A stretch of 64,000 nucleotides of DNA from an uncultured candidate division Zixibacteria bacterium. Lineage in GTDB: Bacteria; Zixibacteria; MSB-5A5; UBA10806; 4484-95. Under the pieces are notes generated by a model. That model was not told the DNA's origin and made no database searches. It worked only from the letters and a program-made list of their open reading frames with translations. A program made the translations under genes and the position numbers. The stretch spans positions 512,001 through 576,000 of the forward strand of contig CAXXKA010000006.1 in assembly GCA_963668625.2 (NCBI GenBank), written 5' to 3'. This document shows, piece after piece, positions 30,842-40,742 of this stretch (the first letter of the stretch is position 1; each line of letters starts with the position of its first letter).

Positions 30842-30906
30842 AACACGGAGGAACCGCCCAAAATATACAGTGGTTACTTTATGTAAATACGGCAAAGGTG
30901 GTTAAC

Positions 30907-33900
30907 ATGAGAAAAATCGGTTTACTTGCATTAATATTGGCGTTGCCGGCGGTTGTTTTCGGACAAGTCGAGTACTTTGGCCAGAATAAGGTGCAATATA
31001 AGTCTTATGACTGGCATTATATACAAACTCATAATTTCGATATTTACTACGACCAGGGACAGGATTCGCTGGCTTATTTTGCCGCGGATGTTATGGAGAA
31101 GTCACATGAAATCATCGCCAATCAGCTCAATCATGAGCTAACCTCGCGAGTACCGGTTATAGTTTATACCTCTCCAAACGATTTCCAGCAAACTAACGTG
31201 ACCTCAGGCTTACTGCCGGAGGGCGTAGGCGGCTTCACCGAGGTATTTAAGACCCGTGTGGTAATTCCGTTTAACGGCTCCTACGAGGATTACCGTCATG
31301 TGCTTCACCATGAGCTAACCCATGCCGTATCGTTTAACCTTCTATACGAAAACGCTATTGGCTCGCTGATATCGAGAAACGCGTTTTTCCGCCAACCGCT
31401 ATGGCTGGCAGAGGGCTACGCCGAATACTCATCCCGTCTCGGCTGGACTTACGAGGCCGATATGAACGTCCGTGATGCCATTATAGAGGGCTACCTGCCG
31501 CCGATACAGGGCTTGTTCGGACTTCTTAATTACCGCGCAGGCCACGCCTTGATATTATACATAGCCGAAACTTACGGCGAACAGAAGATAGCCGAGATTA
31601 ATAATAAGGGTAAAGTTTTATTAACTATCGACAGAGCGGTTGACGCCGCGCTGGGAACCAGTATCGAGAAAATCTCGAAGGATTGGCATCGCGAGTTAAT
31701 GAGAATATACTGGCCCGAGCTGAACAAACGCCAAACTGTCGAGGAAGTTGGTAAGATGATGACCGACCATCAGAAGGACGGCTCTCTCGTGAACATGAAT
31801 CCTCAGTGGTCGCCGAGGGGAGACAGGATCGCGATTACCTCGGATAGAGGCAGCCCGGCGGACGGTTACAGCGACAGGTTTACCGACATGTTCGTGATCT
31901 CGGCCATTGACGGCGAAGTCATCGAGAAGCTGGTATCGGCGGAGAAAACCGGCGATTTGGAATCGCTGCACTCGTATTATTCGAGTATGTCATGGTCTCC
32001 CGATGGTTCGCAGTTGGTTTTCGTCTCAAAATCTCATGGGCAGGATGCTTTGTTTTTCGTCGAGGAAGAAACTAAAAATATATTCGATAAATACCGACCG
32101 AATATGAGTTCTCTTCAAAGCCCGAGCTGGTCGCCGGTGGGGGATAAAGTCGTTGTCAAGGGCGTATTCGAGAACCAATCGGATCTCTATGTTTACGATA
32201 TTAACAGCCGTGAATTTACCCAGCTCACCGATGACAAATACGATGATGCCGATCCCGATTTTTCACCCGATGGTACTTTGATAGCATTCAGCTCCGACAG
32301 GCCTGTCGGTTATGCCGAGGATGACAGCGTTTTTACCTACGGTCAGTACAATTTATTCATGTACGATATGGAAACCGGCGAGATTACCGCTTTAACCGAT
32401 GATGACACTAAAAGCTGGGATCCCGATTTTTCGCCCGATGGTACTATGCTGGCGTACTGCTCTTATCGTAACGGTATATCCAATATTTACGTGCATACTA
32501 TCGAAACCGGCGAGGATTTCCCGGTTACTGATATCATCTCCGGTGCGTTTTCGCCCAGTTGGTCTCCTGAGGGCGATAAGATCGCAGTCAGTGTTTATAA
32601 CTATTACGGCTACGATATCGCGACGATCAAGGATATCAAACCGATAGCCGAGGGCGAACTCGAGCCGACATTGTTCCGCGCCACCGGCCGTCTGTACCCC
32701 GAAAAAGATGTTGTTGTTGATGCAGAGGATGAGGAGAAGCCGGAACCTGAACAGAAAGCAGATTACTCCCGTTTCATATTCGAGGCCGGTAAAGAGTTCA
32801 CCGAGGCAAAAACCGATAGTATCAGCGAGAGAAAAGATATCGAGGGAGAAGAGCTTGCGGAGCTGGAGGCCGATACTCTTAAATATCTCGAACCTGACGG
32901 CTCATACGTTCAGAAAAAATACAAACCCAAGTTTTCTCCGGAGCTGATAGCCGGTGGTTTCAGCTATGATAATTTTTATGGTTTGCAGGGGCAATCGTAT
33001 ATCTCGATTTCAGATATGATGGGCAACCATCACTTTTATATCTTTACCGATGTTATCAATTCGCTCGATCAATCGAACATTCAGGTTGTTTATAATTACC
33101 TGGCAGATCGATTCGACTACTCGGTAGGCTTGTTCCATTTCAAAAATACTTACTGGGATGATCATAACCGTTGGTATTTTTCCGACAGGCTTTACGGTGG
33201 TTCCGGAGCGATAAGCTACCCGTTTTCCAGGTTCCGCCGCCTGGATTTGAATGTGAACTGGATCGGTATCGACAGGGAGGTTCTCGATTTTTACAATGAG
33301 GAACCCGAGCACACCACCAGTCTGACTACCGCCTCGCTGTCATATATCAACGATGGCGTGATCTGGGGAGTTGTCGGGCCCGTTTACGGCCAGAGATATA
33401 AATTCACGATCGATAAATCATTCAAAGCGGTAGATTCCGGTTTGGACTACACCTCGGTGGAGATGGATTACCGCAGATATCTCCATTTCGGCAGGGAATA
33501 TAATTTCGCGATCCGCTTCGCCGGTGGCGCCTCATTCGGGGATGACGCCCGTCAATATTACCTGGGCGGCACATCTTATTGGATAGATCCCAAGCAGCAA
33601 ACTCGGGATATTTACAGCGAGAAGGATATTTATGTTAACAAGCTGGCTGTTCCTCTGAGGGGTTATAGATATTTCGAGTTCAGTGGTGAAAAATATGCCT
33701 TGATGAACATGGAACTGAGATTTCCGTTTATCGACTATTTGAAGATGCGCTGGCCGCTGGGAATGACACTGGCTCAGGTGCGCGGTTCAATATTCTGGGA
33801 TGTTGGAGCGGCTTTCGACTCATTCGATGATTTCGGGCTGTTTGATCATTACAAGGGATTCCCGAAATTGAATGATAAGTATGTTAAAAGCGGTGTCGGA

Positions 33901-34020
33901 TTTTCGGCGCAAGCCAATCTGGGTATATTTGTGCTCAGATACGATTTAGCCTGGAAGACTAATATCAGTAAATTTTTCGGCAAGCCGGAGTTTTATTTCT
34001 CGTTCGGCGCAAACTATTGA
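30907..34020 (+). CDS. Omp85/BamA-family outer membrane protein with N-terminal gluzincin (peptidase MA-like) domain and TolB/PD40 propeller
   Basis: FGQNKVQY; HHELTH..WLAEGYAEY; many (W/F)SPDG PD40 repeats; PLRGY loop-6 motif, ELRFP, terminal FSFGANY. Confidence 0.85.
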   Translation: MRKIGLLALILALPAVVFGQVEYFGQNKVQYKSYDWHYIQTHNFDIYYDQGQDSLAYFAADVMEKSHEIIANQLNHELTSRVPVIVYTSPNDFQQTNVTSGLLPEGVGGFTEVFKTRVVIPFNGSYEDYRHVLHHELTHAVSFNLLYENAIGSLISRNAFFRQPLWLAEGYAEYSSRLGWTYEADMNVRDAIIEGYLPPIQGLFGLLNYRAGHALILYIAETYGEQKIAEINNKGKVLLTIDRAVDAALGTSIEKISKDWHRELMRIYWPELNKRQTVEEVGKMMTDHQKDGSLVNMNPQWSPRGDRIAITSDRGSPADGYSDRFTDMFVISAIDGEVIEKLVSAEKTGDLESLHSYYSSMSWSPDGSQLVFVSKSHGQDALFFVEEETKNIFDKYRPNMSSLQSPSWSPVGDKVVVKGVFENQSDLYVYDINSREFTQLTDDKYDDADPDFSPDGTLIAFSSDRPVGYAEDDSVFTYGQYNLFMYDMETGEITALTDDDTKSWDPDFSPDGTMLAYCSYRNGISNIYVHTIETGEDFPVTDIISGAFSPSWSPEGDKIAVSVYNYYGYDIATIKDIKPIAEGELEPTLFRATGRLYPEKDVVVDAEDEEKPEPEQKADYSRFIFEAGKEFTEAKTDSISERKDIEGEELAELEADTLKYLEPDGSYVQKKYKPKFSPELIAGGFSYDNFYGLQGQSYISISDMMGNHHFYIFTDVINSLDQSNIQVVYNYLADRFDYSVGLFHFKNTYWDDHNRWYFSDRLYGGSGAISYPFSRFRRLDLNVNWIGIDREVLDFYNEEPEHTTSLTTASLSYINDGVIWGVVGPVYGQRYKFTIDKSFKAVDSGLDYTSVEMDYRRYLHFGREYNFAIRFAGGASFGDDARQYYLGGTSYWIDPKQQTRDIYSEKDIYVNKLAVPLRGYRYFEFSGEKYALMNMELRFPFIDYLKMRWPLGMTLAQVRGSIFWDVGAAFDSFDDFGLFDHYKGFPKLNDKYVKSGVGFSAQANLGIFVLRYDLAWKTNISKFFGKPEFYFSFGANY

Positions 34021-34081
34021 TATTCCGAACGAAGATGAGCGAGAAATAGCATATTATCAATCATTGGCAAAATCATTCGAG

Positions 34082-34113
34082 CAGGGGCGTTCGCAAGAAC
34101 GCTCCTGATTTTT
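34082..34113 (+). terminator. Intrinsic terminator
   Basis: CAGGGGCGTTC-GCAA-GAACGCTCCTG followed by ATTTTT. Confidence 0.75.
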
Positions 34114-34114
34114 A

Positions 34115-34459
34115 TTGATCCTAAAAACCACCGGTTTAGCCGGTGTGTACGTTTAAAGCGAATCATTTGCAGAAAGTTTTATTATCAACAGCTACGATTG
34201 AGGTTCTAACTAGTGGCACTATCCTATATCTATCATTACCTCGGAAGGGATTGTTGAAAAAGTCATTTACATGAGTCGCTGGGCGGACGAAGTCCTTTGT
34301 TCATCCTTTCCCGGCGAAATACCGCATGATTTTCAGGTGGCAGGAAGGGATTCATGCCACCACCGTCATTCAACAAGGACTTTTTCAAGTTCAGGATGAT
34401 ATAGCCGGCTTAAGCCGGCAGGATAAAAGCCATCGGCCCTATGACAAGTGGCAGTTTAC
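34115..34459 (+). mobile_element. Non-autonomous element with IS200/IS605-like palindromic ends (copy 1)
   Basis: Left end TTGATCCTAAAAACCACCGGTTTAGCCGGTGTGTACGTTT and right end GCAGGATAAAAGCCATCGGCCCT..GTGGCAGTTT match the ends of 62630-62884. No transposase ORF. Confidence 0.55.
34247..34392. mobile_element. MITE-like palindromic element (copy A), nested in the element above
   Basis: GGGATTGTTGAAAAAG ... CTTTTTCAA terminal inverted repeats; internal ATCCTTTCCCGGCG..CCGCATGAT..CAGGTG.CAGGAA.GG shared with 61734-61880. Confidence 0.65.
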
Positions 34460-35132
34460 TTATTTAATTTGTATGGAAGGATATTATAACAGAATTTTTA
34501 GAATACAGTTGGCCACAAAATCGGAGTTTGGGAGCCAGAGATAAAAACCTCACTGAGCAGGGTGGAATCCTTTCCTGCCTGCGGTTTTCGTGCAGTATGT
34601 CGCCGGTGGTAGTTTATTTGCATTGAGCCATAAACTCTATTTCATCAATAAAGTACAATTATCGTTTTTACGCTATATCTCTATCAATTTAACATGAAAT
34701 ATATTGATCCGAAAAAAGCATGGAATAATTATCTGACTCGGTTGTACCAATCAGTGCAGAAAATGCGGATACATTTTTGACCTGTTAGGTAGTTAACAGC
34801 ATGGGGAGTCTAGCTATAATAGTTTTCATTTGATCTTGAGGTGTGTTTGCCGAGGAAAGCTTCGCCTATGCTTAAAACGGATAGAAAAATAAACACTTTC
34901 TACGGAATAGTTTCCCATAAAGCCCCGGGGGCCTGGTCGGTATCGGCCGGTCTAACCCAAGCCGGCCCAATATCTTTTCGATATAACCATTATAACACTA
35001 TTGGCTTTAGCGCAGAGCCATGCTCCGGTCGTGCCCCCTTTTTTGCTTTGAAATATTCATCGATTATTTATGTTTCGGCAGCACCGAAATCGAAGCAAAA
35101 CCGCGATAATTTATAATTGAATGGAGCTAGGT

Positions 35133-37445
35133 ATGAAACATACTATAATGATTTTATTGATTATAATATCACCCGTATTGTCATTTTCACAGATAACTTT
35201 CACTCGACATATACTTGAGGATAATTTCCCCCAGACCATGTCCGTCGGCTCATACGATATCGATGGCGATGGTGATGAGGATGTATTAGGATGCAGCTAC
35301 GGGTTGAATTCGTGTTGCTGGTGGGAAAATCAGGGCAGTGGTAATTTCGCGAAACATACTATCGCGATGATCTCAACTCCGCGAGTTATTTGTGCGGATG
35401 ATTTCGACGGGGACGGCTATGGCGATATCGTTGCGACATCATACGGAAACAGCAGCATATATCTATGGCTGAATGATGGAGATAACAATTTTACCGAATA
35501 TATAGTATCGAACGATTTCGCACTCGCTCACACGGTTTGTATCGAGGACCTCGATCGTGACGGCGATAAGGATATATTGGCCTCATCGTATTGCTCGATA
35601 GGAATATCATGGTTTGAAAATAACGGCGAGTACCAATTCGAGGAACACATTGTTTCTCAAGGCGGCGATAATTACCCCTGCGTATATGCCGCCGATATCG
35701 ACGGCGATAATGATACCGATATTCTCGGAACATTATTCGGCAACGGCCGGATCAGCTGGTGGTGCAATGACGGCGACAATAATTATTCCGAACGAATCAT
35801 AACTGTCGATTTCCCCGGCGCGCATTGGACACATGCCAACGATCTCGACGGTGACGGTGATATGGATGTCCTAGGAGCATCGTACACGAACTCGAAAATA
35901 AGCTGGTGGGAAAACGATGGCGAAGAATATTTTACCGAGCATGTTCTTGGAGACATGTTCTACGGAGCTACCTCCGTGTGGTCGGATGATTTCGATGGTG
36001 ATGGCGATATGGACGTGTTCGGGGCGGCCGAGGAAGCCGATGAAGTAAGGTGGTGGACGAATCTCGGTAATGGAGGTTTCGAGGAGCATATCATTTGTGG
36101 TGATTTCGACGGCGCCAGTCATGTTCATGTGGCTGATATCGATAACGACGGCGATAAGGATGTCATGTGTGCCGGAAGATTCGAGGGGAGTATAGCCTGG
36201 TGGGCTAACGATACCTTCCAGTTCGCTATCGATGCCTCGCCTCTTACCGGAAATTTCCCCCTGGATGTGCAATTTTCGGAAATGTGCAATGCAGATTGGC
36301 CGATCACCCAATGGGCCTGGGATTTCCAAGGTGACGGCAGCGTGGACTCCTACGATCAACACCCCTCGTTTACCTATAATACTCATGGTGATTACTCGGT
36401 TTACCTCACTGTTGGCGACGGCTTTCATAACCGCGAGATTCTTTACCATGAGTATATACATGTATTCGATGGATTCAGCGCTTTGGAGTTCGATGGCATG
36501 GAAAGCTACGCCGGCTGCGATGGCTCCGGGGAAAACAACATGACCGGCGAATTGACTTTGGAGGCATGGATCAAACCATATGGCTGGGGTGAAAATAGTT
36601 CGAACGGGTTGGGTAAAATAATCGAAAAAGAAAAATTCTCTCTTTACCTGATAACGGAAAACCTTTCACTTAATGATAATAGCCTGGTTTTCCAGATCAA
36701 AGATTCTACCGGTCGAACCTCCGTAATAAATACCGAAGCTTACTCGATCAACTTAAACCGGTGGCAGCATATCGCGGCTATTTATTCGGCTAATGGCGAT
36801 GTCAGCATATTTATCGATGATAACGAGCAGGAACTGGATTATATGAACCATCCAACGGGAGGTATAGAGGATAACTCCGGGTTCGATTTACTAATTGGAA
36901 ACTCCTACAATCGAGCGAGATCATTCGAGGGGGTAATAGACGAGGTCAGGATATGGGATATCGCTCGAAGCCGGGAAGATATTCAAGCGGCGATGAATTG
37001 CCGTCTTTCGGGAAGTGAGACGGGACTTAGAGTATACTGGCCACTCGATGAGGGAAACGGTGAGCTTATCGCGGATGAGTCCGGTGGCGGAAATGACGGT
37101 GAAATTTACCTGGCCAATTGGCTGCAGGGAATAAACCTGAATCCAACCGGTGTTAGTGAGACGATAGAGAATGTTTTACCGGATGATATCAGCGCATTAT
37201 ATGCTTACCCCAATCCGTTCAACGCCGCCACTATTATTAAATTCAATCTTAAAAAATCAATGCCTGTTAACCTGGATATTTATGATATTCAGGGCAGAAA
37301 AATATATGATGTTTTTGTTGACGAAACACGGCCGGGTGAAAATCAAATTTCCTGGAACGCCGAAAAGTTAGCGTCAGGAATCTATCTGTATCGTTTAACC
37401 GCCGGTGAATTAAGTCAGTCGAAAAAGTTGGTGTTAATCAAGTAG
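35133..37445 (+). CDS. Secreted FG-GAP/VCBS repeat protein with PKD, LamG and T9SS-type CTD
   Basis: Signal; seven DxDGDGDxD..WWEN repeats; WAWDFQGDG PKD; LTLEAWIKP..GVIDEVRIW LamG; YPNPFN..SGIYLYRL..KKLVLIK. Confidence 0.88.
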   Translation: MKHTIMILLIIISPVLSFSQITFTRHILEDNFPQTMSVGSYDIDGDGDEDVLGCSYGLNSCCWWENQGSGNFAKHTIAMISTPRVICADDFDGDGYGDIVATSYGNSSIYLWLNDGDNNFTEYIVSNDFALAHTVCIEDLDRDGDKDILASSYCSIGISWFENNGEYQFEEHIVSQGGDNYPCVYAADIDGDNDTDILGTLFGNGRISWWCNDGDNNYSERIITVDFPGAHWTHANDLDGDGDMDVLGASYTNSKISWWENDGEEYFTEHVLGDMFYGATSVWSDDFDGDGDMDVFGAAEEADEVRWWTNLGNGGFEEHIICGDFDGASHVHVADIDNDGDKDVMCAGRFEGSIAWWANDTFQFAIDASPLTGNFPLDVQFSEMCNADWPITQWAWDFQGDGSVDSYDQHPSFTYNTHGDYSVYLTVGDGFHNREILYHEYIHVFDGFSALEFDGMESYAGCDGSGENNMTGELTLEAWIKPYGWGENSSNGLGKIIEKEKFSLYLITENLSLNDNSLVFQIKDSTGRTSVINTEAYSINLNRWQHIAAIYSANGDVSIFIDDNEQELDYMNHPTGGIEDNSGFDLLIGNSYNRARSFEGVIDEVRIWDIARSREDIQAAMNCRLSGSETGLRVYWPLDEGNGELIADESGGGNDGEIYLANWLQGINLNPTGVSETIENVLPDDISALYAYPNPFNAATIIKFNLKKSMPVNLDIYDIQGRKIYDVFVDETRPGENQISWNAEKLASGIYLYRLTAGELSQSKKLVLIK

Positions 37446-37456
37446 AGAGGTGAAAC

Positions 37457-38545
37457 ATGAAAATTCTTAAGGCGATAATCTCACTGGCGATAATTATCGT
37501 TACGACCGCTGTTTGTACGGCTCAATATTCCGGGCCTGAAAGCGTAGTCTTCGACTATGCTAACGACCGTTATTTCGTTGCGAATTGCTCGAGTGGAAAA
37601 ATCCAGGTACTGGACATGAACTATAACCCGATAGATTCGATTACGGGGCAGGGCGCCTGCCTGGGCATGTGTATCGTTGATAATGTCCTGTATGTCTCAT
37701 GCAGTTCCAACGTGCGCGGTTTCGACCTCGATACTTTCGAGCGGGTGATGAATGTCTCCTGCATGTTGGCGGGTCATTTCGACGGCCAGACCTCGGCCGG
37801 GGATGGTTACCTTTACGTGATCGATACCGGAGGCTGGCTAATAAGGATCGATCTGGATGAGGGCGAGGCCGAACGCTATATGCCTCTGAATATGTCCGGA
37901 TATCCGCAGGATTGTGTTTATGATTTCATCAACAATAGAATCGTGGTCGTTACCTGGGGCCCCAGTTCCGAAATAAAAGCGGTCGATTTAGCCGACTCGT
38001 CCATAAGCACTATTTTACCGGTCAGTGTCGGCTACTGGGATGGTATCACTATTGATGATGAAGGCTCGTTCTATCTCGCATCGCATACTAATCTCGGATG
38101 CATATTCAAATATGATAACTTATTCGCCAATGAGCCTGAACTTATCTCGAGGGGGCATGACGAACCGGCGGGATTGGGGATTAATAACCGGGATGATATT
38201 TTAGCTGTTCCTAATTTCGGAGGTAACTCCGTGGATTTTATCCCGTTGGCCACCTCAATCGATGATAAGGATGTATTGCCGGATGATATATATTTAGCTT
38301 TCAACTACCCTAATCCGTTTAACGGTTCTACGACAATCAGGTATGGTCTTAAAACCGATAGCCACGTGACAATCGAGTTGTATGATATACTCGGCCGTAA
38401 GCTCCGGGAACTCTATGAGGGACGCCGTAGCGCGGGTGAATATTTACTAACCTGGAATGCCGATGGATATGCTACGGGTGTATATTATTGCAATATTCGT
38501 TTCGATGACACGAATCACTATTTGCGTATGACTTATATTAAGTAA
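37457..38545 (+). CDS. Secreted beta-propeller (SMP-30/NHL-like) protein with T9SS-type CTD
   Basis: Signal; GPESVV, WDGITID, EPAGLG blades; NYPNPFN..TGVYY..MTYIK. Confidence 0.8.
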   Translation: MKILKAIISLAIIIVTTAVCTAQYSGPESVVFDYANDRYFVANCSSGKIQVLDMNYNPIDSITGQGACLGMCIVDNVLYVSCSSNVRGFDLDTFERVMNVSCMLAGHFDGQTSAGDGYLYVIDTGGWLIRIDLDEGEAERYMPLNMSGYPQDCVYDFINNRIVVVTWGPSSEIKAVDLADSSISTILPVSVGYWDGITIDDEGSFYLASHTNLGCIFKYDNLFANEPELISRGHDEPAGLGINNRDDILAVPNFGGNSVDFIPLATSIDDKDVLPDDIYLAFNYPNPFNGSTTIRYGLKTDSHVTIELYDILGRKLRELYEGRRSAGEYLLTWNADGYATGVYYCNIRFDDTNHYLRMTYIK

Positions 38546-38634
38546 CCTCCCGGGTTATTATTTTCTCTATCAAAATCCCCGAAACCGCAGACTCCTGTCC
38601 TGAGTTATTTTAACGAAGGATAGGAGTCACTTCT

Positions 38635-38769
38635 ATGAACAAATTCATGTTTTACGCCATTGCTGTTTTATCGATATTATATTCCCTACCGGTATCGTCC
38701 CGGAACCTTACCTGTATTGAATCCATCGAGACCGGGGGAGAGGCGTGCAGTATCAATTTTATGATCTGA
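38635..38769 (+). pseudogene. 44-aa signal-peptide-bearing fragment (probable remnant of a secreted-protein gene, or a small peptide)
   Basis: AGGAG RBS then MNKFMFYAIAVLSILYSLPVSSRNLTCIESIETGGEACSINFMI*. Confidence 0.4.
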
Positions 38770-38783
38770 CATTAATCAAATAG

Positions 38784-38808
38784 AAAAGGGAGCTGGTCGC
38801 TCCCTCTT
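38784..38808. terminator. Hairpin terminator between convergent genes
   Basis: AAAAGGGAGC-TGGTC-GCTCCCTCTT. Confidence 0.6.
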
Positions 38809-38854
38809 GAAATCTATACTCATCCAGTAAAAGAATATTTGAATTGAAATAAAA

Positions 38855-40210
38855 TCAACTCACCGGTTTGCTATGCATAACCGGTTTTTGAGCTTTGATC
38901 TTGATATATCCGCCCCTGCCGATTGTCAGGAAATTGTATTCAAGCTTGACCAGGTGTTTCAGGTTAAACATGTTCCTGGTATCGAACAGGTTCGGCTCGG
39001 CCATTAACTCTTTGAGGCGATTGAGATTGATATTGCGGAACTCGTTCCAGTCGGTGGCAACGATAGCCAGGTTAGCCTGGTTGCAAGCGCTGAAAGCATC
39101 CTCGCAGTAGGTAATATCATCGATAATTCGTTTTGCCGCCGGCATGGCTATCGGGTCGTAGGCGTGAATGTCAGCACCGGCTCTTTTGAGGTTGTTGATA
39201 ATCGATATCGCCGGCGATTCGCGCATATCATCCGTGTTTTGCTTGAAGGCCAGTCCTAACAGGGCGACTTTTTTGCCTTTCAAGCTGCCGAAAAATTGCT
39301 CCGCTTTAGCCACGATATTATCTTTCTGAAGCCTGTTGACGTTCAGTACCGCTCGAGCGAGCTGGAAATCGTAATTGTGATCCTCGGCTATTTTATTCAA
39401 TGCGGCGACATCCTTGGGTAAGCACGAACCACCGAATCCCGGTCCGGGATGCAAGAATTTCGGGCCGATACGTTTGTCCATGCCTACTGCTCGAGCGACA
39501 TCGTAAACATCCGCGCCGACCTTATCACAAAGGTTGGCAATCTCGTTGATAAACGATATACGAAGCGCCAGCATCATGTTGGATGAATACTTGATCATCT
39601 CGGCGGTTTCATTGTTGGTGATAATAAACGGAGTTTCCAGAAGGTATAGCGGCCGGTAAATATCTTTCAGGATTGCCAGCGCGCGCGCCGAGTCGGAGCC
39701 CAGGATAATTCGATCAGGGTGAGTGAAATCCTGTACGGCCGATCCCTCGCGCAAGAATTCAGGATTCGAAACGACATCGAACTCTATCGGTTCGGTTTGG
39801 CTTTTACGGATAATCTCCGTTAGATGTTTGGCCGAACCTACCGGCACGGTGCTTTTATTGACAATCACCTTGTAGTCGTTCATGGTTTTGCCGATTTGCT
39901 CACCGACTTTTTCGAAATACTCGAGGTTGACACTGCCATTATCCTGCTCGGGCGTGCCCACGGCGATATAGATAACCAGGCTCTTATCGATAGCATCAGC
40001 TAAATCCGTGGAGAAAGCTAGCCGTCTCTGGCGAACGTTTCTCTCGATCAGATCAGCCAGGCCTATTTCATAGATGGGAACCTTGCCATTATTCAAGGCA
40101 TCGATTTTTGCTGCATCCGTATCGACGCATATAACATTCATGCCGAAATCAGCTAACCCGGTACCAGCTACCAGACCAACATAACCTGTACCGACAACGC
40201 AGATATTCAT
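38855..40210 (-). CDS. ugd: UDP-glucose/GDP-mannose 6-dehydrogenase
   Basis: GTGYVG Rossmann, KSTVPVG, SNPEFLREG, GFGGSCLPKD (catalytic Cys), GLAFKQNTDDMRES. Confidence 0.93.
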   Translation of the reverse strand: MNICVVGTGYVGLVAGTGLADFGMNVICVDTDAAKIDALNNGKVPIYEIGLADLIERNVRQRRLAFSTDLADAIDKSLVIYIAVGTPEQDNGSVNLEYFEKVGEQIGKTMNDYKVIVNKSTVPVGSAKHLTEIIRKSQTEPIEFDVVSNPEFLREGSAVQDFTHPDRIILGSDSARALAILKDIYRPLYLLETPFIITNNETAEMIKYSSNMMLALRISFINEIANLCDKVGADVYDVARAVGMDKRIGPKFLHPGPGFGGSCLPKDVAALNKIAEDHNYDFQLARAVLNVNRLQKDNIVAKAEQFFGSLKGKKVALLGLAFKQNTDDMRESPAISIINNLKRAGADIHAYDPIAMPAAKRIIDDITYCEDAFSACNQANLAIVATDWNEFRNINLNRLKELMAEPNLFDTRNMFNLKHLVKLEYNFLTIGRGGYIKIKAQKPVMHSKPVS

Positions 40211-40742
40211 TTATTTACCTTTCTTTCCATCTCTCCGCCTATTTTCGTATTCTACCTACGAATGTATATTGTACGTTTAAAAATAGCAAAAGATTAAACA
40301 AATATTAGTATTGCATTTTGAATATTTCTCTATCGATCATATGTCTCTTGCTTACATGGAAAGGATGTTTACCGATGGAGGCGGGGCGAGATCGGGAAAC
40401 ACTGACTGTATAAATATATCGAATCACTACTGTCCGGCTTTTCCATCTCGTTGCGAAGCGCTGCTTGGCAACGTAGCTTGTTTGCCGGCAGGATGCGCAT
40501 TCTACATTACTCAAGAAGGTTTCCAGGCAGCGCTTGGAAACCAGGAAACTAAGCCTAACATCGGCAGGACATGTCAGGATGCATGACATGCTCAATTCCA
40601 TGGAGAAATTTTAAATTTACCGAAAAACACCGGACACTAGTAATATCGAGGAATATTTTTTGCCAATAGATAAAGGTGATATAAAATCAATTAACGGAAA
40701 CATCGGATAAAAAAATATGAATCGATTCGATAAATTTGCCGC

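Noticed and set aside
34326-34544. ORFs 34326..34544 and 62630..62881 sharing the peptide SRQDKSH
   Set aside because: The shared peptide is just the translated end of the repeated non-coding element. Neither ORF has a recognisable domain.
34620-35116. ORF 34841..35116 or a minus-strand gene remnant
   Set aside because: No recognisable motifs, several stops in the alternative frame, and no convincing RBS.
35250-36210. Periodic GATxTCGACGGCGA-like repeats as a CRISPR array or tandem DNA repeat
   Set aside because: They are degenerate codons of FG-GAP protein repeats inside a CDS. There are no identical repeats with unique spacers and no cas genes.
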